DNA from: a virus
Lineage: Duplodnaviria > Caudoviricetes
Direction: 5' to 3' (one strand)
DNA: 30,215 nt
IMG/VR virus record: IMGVR_UViG_3300029930_000008
Location: 1-30,215 of that record
Positions 26,112 to 30,215 of this stretch are shown in pieces (the stretch's first letter is position 1; the number at the start of each line of letters is the position of its first letter). The position numbers and the translations under genes were made by a program. A model generated the notes under the pieces. That model worked only from the letters and a program-made list of their open reading frames with translations. It was not told the origin of the DNA and did no database searches.

Positions 26112-26599
26112 TGGAAATAATTCTTGATAAAAAAGAAATAGATGAAGCATTAAACTTTGTGAATACTATGCGTCAAGATAAAGTTCAATATAAAGTAATA
26201 GACAGAAAATTTGACGCCAAGAACACATCTTGGGCTGTTAATCTTATGGGCTATCTAGGTGAGAAGGCGGTAGCCAAGGCGTATCAAGTACCAGTAGATA
26301 ATAGAGTTCTTACTGGTGGAGATGAAGGTCACGACTTGGTAATCAATGGCAAAAAAATTCAAGTCAAAACATCAACCCTAGATAAATTAATATTCAATGC
26401 GTTAGAATTATTTACTGCAGACTATGCTATCTTAGTTACCTTGATTGGAGATAGGCAGCAACCTCATATAAATTCTAAATTTAAAATATGGGGTGCTATA
26501 TCTAAAGAAGATTTTAAGCAGGTGTGTTATCAAAAAGACTATGGTTATGGTATGAGATTTGTATGTAATACCGAACATCTAGCCCTAAAAGATTTCTAG
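26111..26599 (+). CDS. PD-(D/E)XK nuclease-fold protein
   Basis: GYLGEKAV...GDEGHDL...IQVKTS. Confidence 0.6.
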   Translation: MEIILDKKEIDEALNFVNTMRQDKVQYKVIDRKFDAKNTSWAVNLMGYLGEKAVAKAYQVPVDNRVLTGGDEGHDLVINGKKIQVKTSTLDKLIFNALELFTADYAILVTLIGDRQQPHINSKFKIWGAISKEDFKQVCYQKDYGYGMRFVCNTEHLALKDF

Positions 26600-26622
26600 C
26601 CAGTTAGGGGAAGACTGGATAG

Positions 26623-26669
26623 AAAGCAGAAAAGACCCCCTCTACCTATCGGACTAGGCGAGGGGGTCT
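26623..26669 (-). terminator. Intrinsic terminator between convergent operons
   Basis: AGACCCCCTC (26633-26642)/GAGGGGGTCT (26660-26669) stem followed on the - strand by TTTCTGCTTT. Confidence 0.7.
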
Positions 26670-26707
26670 ATTCGTGTCTAAAAACCGCCTTAGAAGGCGT
26701 TTAAAGG

Positions 26708-26914
26708 CTATCGCAAGCCGAACTCCTGCTCGGCTCTATCTGCCCACTTGACTAGTGGGGCTGTCAATCCACCAATGAGGACTGCATATTCAGGTGCTAG
26801 GTCTGTAGCAAAAGCAATACCCATAGTTACTGCCGATGCTAGGACTGCACGGAGATAAGACTTAAATGCAGCCTTAAACTCTTTGCTCTTTAGTTTCTTG
26901 ATTAGGTTATCCAT
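26708..26914 (-). CDS. Holin (putative)
   Basis: 68 aa, two hydrophobic segments, directly after the endolysin. Confidence 0.65.
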   Translation of the reverse strand: MDNLIKKLKSKEFKAAFKSYLRAVLASAVTMGIAFATDLAPEYAVLIGGLTAPLVKWADRAEQEFGLR

Positions 26915-27393
26915 TACGCCTCCTTAGGGCTAGGGATATCTTTCTTCTTTGCTTTCTTAGATACTGCAGCCTTTGCCTTAGCAGCAAGGCTAGGTTGTTT
27001 ATCTATGAAACCAAACCAGGGAGAAGTGTCATTGCTATGACTACTCCGAATAGAAATATGTAAATGCTTATTGTGAGGGTTACTACCAGTATAAACTCGG
27101 TTGCCTTCTTGTCGTCTTGCCCTTGACCAAATCTTTTTATTAAAGATAAGGTAATCAACTCTTTCATCTTCTTTAAACTTTTCAAAAAAGAATGCACACT
27201 CAACCCCATTCTTGGGGTCATTCGTGAGGTCTACTGCTAGCCCAGTATTGTGGTCCGAATTCGGGCTTTGTTTGATATGTGCCAGACTCGGTAACAATCC
27301 ATCGCTGGCTTTGTTTCTCTTCGGAAATAGTTCCGTCGCCTGACGGAGCACAGCAATTGCAGCAGGTGTGGCTTTCTTGGCAACAGTTGTCAT
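26914..27393 (-). CDS. Endolysin, Zn-peptidase (M15/Hedgehog-DD-peptidase-like)
   Basis: H-x6-D (HNTGLAVD) and HxH (HLH) metal-binding motifs; basic tail; flanked by membrane proteins. Confidence 0.7.
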   Translation of the reverse strand: MTTVAKKATPAAIAVLRQATELFPKRNKASDGLLPSLAHIKQSPNSDHNTGLAVDLTNDPKNGVECAFFFEKFKEDERVDYLIFNKKIWSRARRQEGNRVYTGSNPHNKHLHISIRSSHSNDTSPWFGFIDKQPSLAAKAKAAVSKKAKKKDIPSPKEA

Positions 27394-27597
27394 TCATTTC
27401 CTCAATGCTTCCTTAACAAACTCGGTTAGTAAATCTACCTTTTCTTCAAGATGATTAACTTTATCTTTAATACTTGACCCACCATTGGGCTTTAATTCAG
27501 ATAGATAATGTTTAGTCAGGTGCTTAACACCCATTGACAATGCACCTATTAATGTAGTTATGGCTACGGCTAAACCAGCCCAATCAGCAGGATTCAT
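27394..27597 (-). CDS. Small membrane protein of the lysis cassette
   Basis: N-terminal TM helix, PNGGSSIKD motif, then coiled coil. Confidence 0.65.
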   Translation of the reverse strand: MNPADWAGLAVAITTLIGALSMGVKHLTKHYLSELKPNGGSSIKDKVNHLEEKVDLLTEFVKEALRK

Positions 27598-27598
27598 T

Positions 27599-29815
27599 TT
27601 ATACAGTCCTTAACGTTACTTCAATGACTCCCCCAAAACCAGAAAACCTTTTATCAGGTGGAGTCAGACGGGTAAATGACAATTGTTCAATAGTTACCTG
27701 ACGAGCCTCACCACTAGATGTAGTTAAGTCTTGCCAAGTGAGCACGTCGCCATTTTCTTCCGCCTCTTCTAATGCTAGAAGTCTGTCTAGTGCTCTGCCC
27801 TCATATCCTGTGACTACATTGAACCTATCGGTTTCAACGTCATAACAGAATACGGGAAATTTAAGTACCCGCTGACGCGGGGTAGCAATTGTTGCTTTTA
27901 CCTGATAGCCCTTGAATGTAGGACCAGCGGTTGAATCTGTCCCGTCTCTTGTCAAAGTAAACTTAAAAGATACAAACTCTTGCGCTGCTTCTGGCTGAGT
28001 TGTAGATACTTCTTGTGAAGGAATAGAAGAGTCATAAGTAATATGCTCATACTCTGTGCCATCTTCTGTAACTGTCTCAATGGTCATTGAGCCATAGTCA
28101 AAGATACCTCTGCCAATAATACGGCGGAAATTTTTAGGCTCAAGAGTTCCGTATCTAATATTACCTGTCTGAACATAACCTGTTGCAACTAGGTTAGAAC
28201 TTGATTCAAGATAAGAATAACCAGGCTTACCGACAAAACCACCACTAACCGCAGCAGATGCAATAGTTCCTGACGATGTAGTTGTATAACTAATAGTATT
28301 GGTAGTTGTAGAAGTAATAGTCCAAGCACCATCAAGCGCTGCATCTACACCAATTACATAAATGTAATCACCAGTTGTATACCCGTGGGCTGCTGATGTA
28401 ATAGTTGCTGTGCTACCTGTACGTTCTTTATTAGTTACAGATTTTTGGTCTACTGCTTCTGTGCAAAAAGCAAGTCGGTTAGTCTCTCCCAAGAAAGCAC
28501 AAGATGTAGTTTCTACACCTGATACTCCTGCATAGTAAAGGTCATTAGCATAAGCAAATCTAAGAGGTGTTATCTCAGCGCCAAGGTCTATACGAACTAC
28601 ACCTGGTTCACCAGCAACGCTAGTTGCACACCAAACAAATCTATCTCTAGCAGCAAAGTCATAGCAAGGTTGGCTAGTTTCTACAATTAGTGGACCATAA
28701 GATATAGAACCATCCTGGTCATTGACTGTGGCTGCACGGACACCTTTGTTGGTTCCAATTAACATATAACCAAGATAGTAATAAATCTTGTGTATCTTTT
28801 CACCAACTGGCATTTCTGCTGCAGTAATAGCAGTAGTCAGGGTAGGCATAGTACCTGTATTGCTTAAAGTAAATTTATAAATAAACGATTGAATACCACT
28901 ATAAGCAGAGATATAAATAGCAGGACCTGATGCTGTGATAGATGTAAAAACTACATCATCATCTGAATGGGTATAAAGAGCAGTAGGCAAAGCACCCGCT
29001 GATGTAGAAAATTCATATATCTTATTGTTGGCACACATAACAATACGGTCTTTTACATATTCCATAACCGCATTAGTTACCGTGACAGCAGCAGAAGTAA
29101 ACATAACTGTAGCCGCTGTACTGGCATTGCCAGTTAATGCTTTCTTATTTACTTCTAATTTTCCAGAAGGACCAGTGTCATTAGTTACCCAATATGCTGT
29201 AGTTCCATCATCACAGATAGCATATACCTTGTCATCTGAGCCAGCGTTATAGTCAATAAAGTGAGTCTCTGCACCAGTAGAATCAATTTTATCTACATCA
29301 TAACCATCGTGTAATAGCACGCCATTTGTGCCACTCCATTGAATAGAACGCAACTGTTGAAAAGAACGACCATTAGTATCAAGTGGATAGGTAGTTACGT
29401 GAGCCTGTGTTGTGTCTTTAAGAAGATTTACTTGTCCTTTGGTCCAGACATTAACACCTTTAGAATCTTTAAATCTATAAAGGATAGTTTCACCAGCGGA
29501 TGGGTCATAAAAATTAATTCCAGAACCATTATGGAAGGATGACTGGCTTCTTAACCACCATCCTGTAAGAGACTGCTCGCCTGGTTCTGAGCCATTATCA
29601 AACTGTTCTTTACGAAATGGTGCGGTTTGTCTAATGTAAGGACGTGCATCTGATATTGCATAAAAGAATGGCAAACCACCAATAGCCATATCATAAGATA
29701 CATCTGTGTTTTCCCAAAGAGATGCAGAAGAAACAACACCAAGGTCTACGGCAATTGCATAGGATGTATCAGTAGTAGCAGAACCACGACCTTCGGTAAT
29801 ATCACGACTTACCAT
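27599..29815 (-). CDS. Tail structural protein (nozzle/stabilisation-like, beta-rich)
   Basis: 738 aa, beta-strand-rich, SD AAAGGAG, upstream of the lysis genes. Confidence 0.6.
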   Translation of the reverse strand: MVSRDITEGRGSATTDTSYAIAVDLGVVSSASLWENTDVSYDMAIGGLPFFYAISDARPYIRQTAPFRKEQFDNGSEPGEQSLTGWWLRSQSSFHNGSGINFYDPSAGETILYRFKDSKGVNVWTKGQVNLLKDTTQAHVTTYPLDTNGRSFQQLRSIQWSGTNGVLLHDGYDVDKIDSTGAETHFIDYNAGSDDKVYAICDDGTTAYWVTNDTGPSGKLEVNKKALTGNASTAATVMFTSAAVTVTNAVMEYVKDRIVMCANNKIYEFSTSAGALPTALYTHSDDDVVFTSITASGPAIYISAYSGIQSFIYKFTLSNTGTMPTLTTAITAAEMPVGEKIHKIYYYLGYMLIGTNKGVRAATVNDQDGSISYGPLIVETSQPCYDFAARDRFVWCATSVAGEPGVVRIDLGAEITPLRFAYANDLYYAGVSGVETTSCAFLGETNRLAFCTEAVDQKSVTNKERTGSTATITSAAHGYTTGDYIYVIGVDAALDGAWTITSTTTNTISYTTTSSGTIASAAVSGGFVGKPGYSYLESSSNLVATGYVQTGNIRYGTLEPKNFRRIIGRGIFDYGSMTIETVTEDGTEYEHITYDSSIPSQEVSTTQPEAAQEFVSFKFTLTRDGTDSTAGPTFKGYQVKATIATPRQRVLKFPVFCYDVETDRFNVVTGYEGRALDRLLALEEAEENGDVLTWQDLTTSSGEARQVTIEQLSFTRLTPPDKRFSGFGGVIEVTLRTV

Positions 29816-29824
29816 TATGCTCCT

Positions 29825-29917
29825 TTAGTATAAATCAATTGCTTCAAAGTCATCTATATGGTCATCTATCGTCCGCTTAACGGGGAAGATAAAGTCCGCT
29901 TCTTGAAACATTCCCAT
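29825..29917 (-). CDS. Small acidic peptide (30 aa)
   Basis: MGMFQEADFIFPVKRTIDDHIDDFEAIDLY bridges the gap to the tail gene RBS. Confidence 0.35.
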   Translation of the reverse strand: MGMFQEADFIFPVKRTIDDHIDDFEAIDLY

Positions 29918-30215
29918 TTTTCTTTTGTGCCTGTTCTTTTAATTGGTCTTTGACGTGTTCCATACCCCAGTAAAGAGCGTAGTATCCAAAGTCAAGACTA
30001 AATCGCTTCATATGTTTAACTAGCGCACCAGTGTGTGCCTTAAGTTGTATGCCTGCTTCTTTCATCTTGCGGAAGAAGATGATGTCTTCGCCTACAAATT
30101 CATTGTCATCACCATTGCCGTGGTCTTCTGCAAAGAAAGACTTGCTAGGTAGTTTCTCTCGCATCTTCTCAACTACGCTACGGTGCATCATCAAGATACC
30201 AAAGCCAGCCAAGTC
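29877..30215 (-). CDS. Glycosyltransferase-like (GT-A fold) protein, C-terminal part; starts outside the window
   Basis: AGFGILMMHRSVVEKM...GEDIIFFRKMKEAG...HTG..VKH pattern of GT2-like proteins. Confidence 0.7.
   Translation of the reverse strand, partial: DLAGFGILMMHRSVVEKMREKLPSKSFFAEDHGNGDDNEFVGEDIIFFRKMKEAGIQLKAHTGALVKHMKRFSLDFGYYALYWGMEHVKDQLKEQAQKKNGNVSRSGLYLPR

Noticed and set aside
1-30215. Alternative genetic code or stop-codon recoding
   Set aside because: Genes tile densely under the standard code and all three stop codons end genes.

Overview
This window is most of the genome of a tailed dsDNA phage with podovirus-like organisation. Gene families (N4-gp56-type capsid, split primase, sigma-like factor, SLT transglycosylase, DUF932) point to an actinobacterial host, resembling freshwater low-GC actinophages; that host call is inference. 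Late genes lie on the - strand: terminase, portal, three large putative ejection proteins, scaffold and capsid at 13.8 kb to 1, and glycosyltransferase-like, tail and lysis genes at 30.2 to 26.7 kb. Early and replication genes lie on the + strand at 14.7-26.6 kb. I recognised no DNA polymerase, RNA polymerase, integrase, tRNA or CRISPR array. Three signals stand out. (1) A ~1.33-kb GC-richer island (14091-15431) is bounded by a 10-bp direct repeat, folds almost end to end into hairpins with + strand G.T/U wobbles, and carries one SSB-like OB-fold gene. (2) A hairpin at 20669-20706 displays in its loop the exact antisense of the extended ribosome-binding motif (ATAAAGGAGACTAA) shared by the upstream early genes, a candidate phage RNA for early-gene shut-off. 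(3) GATC, AGCT, CATG, TCGA and GGCC appear to be absent from the window. All protein calls come from motif recognition by eye, not database searches.
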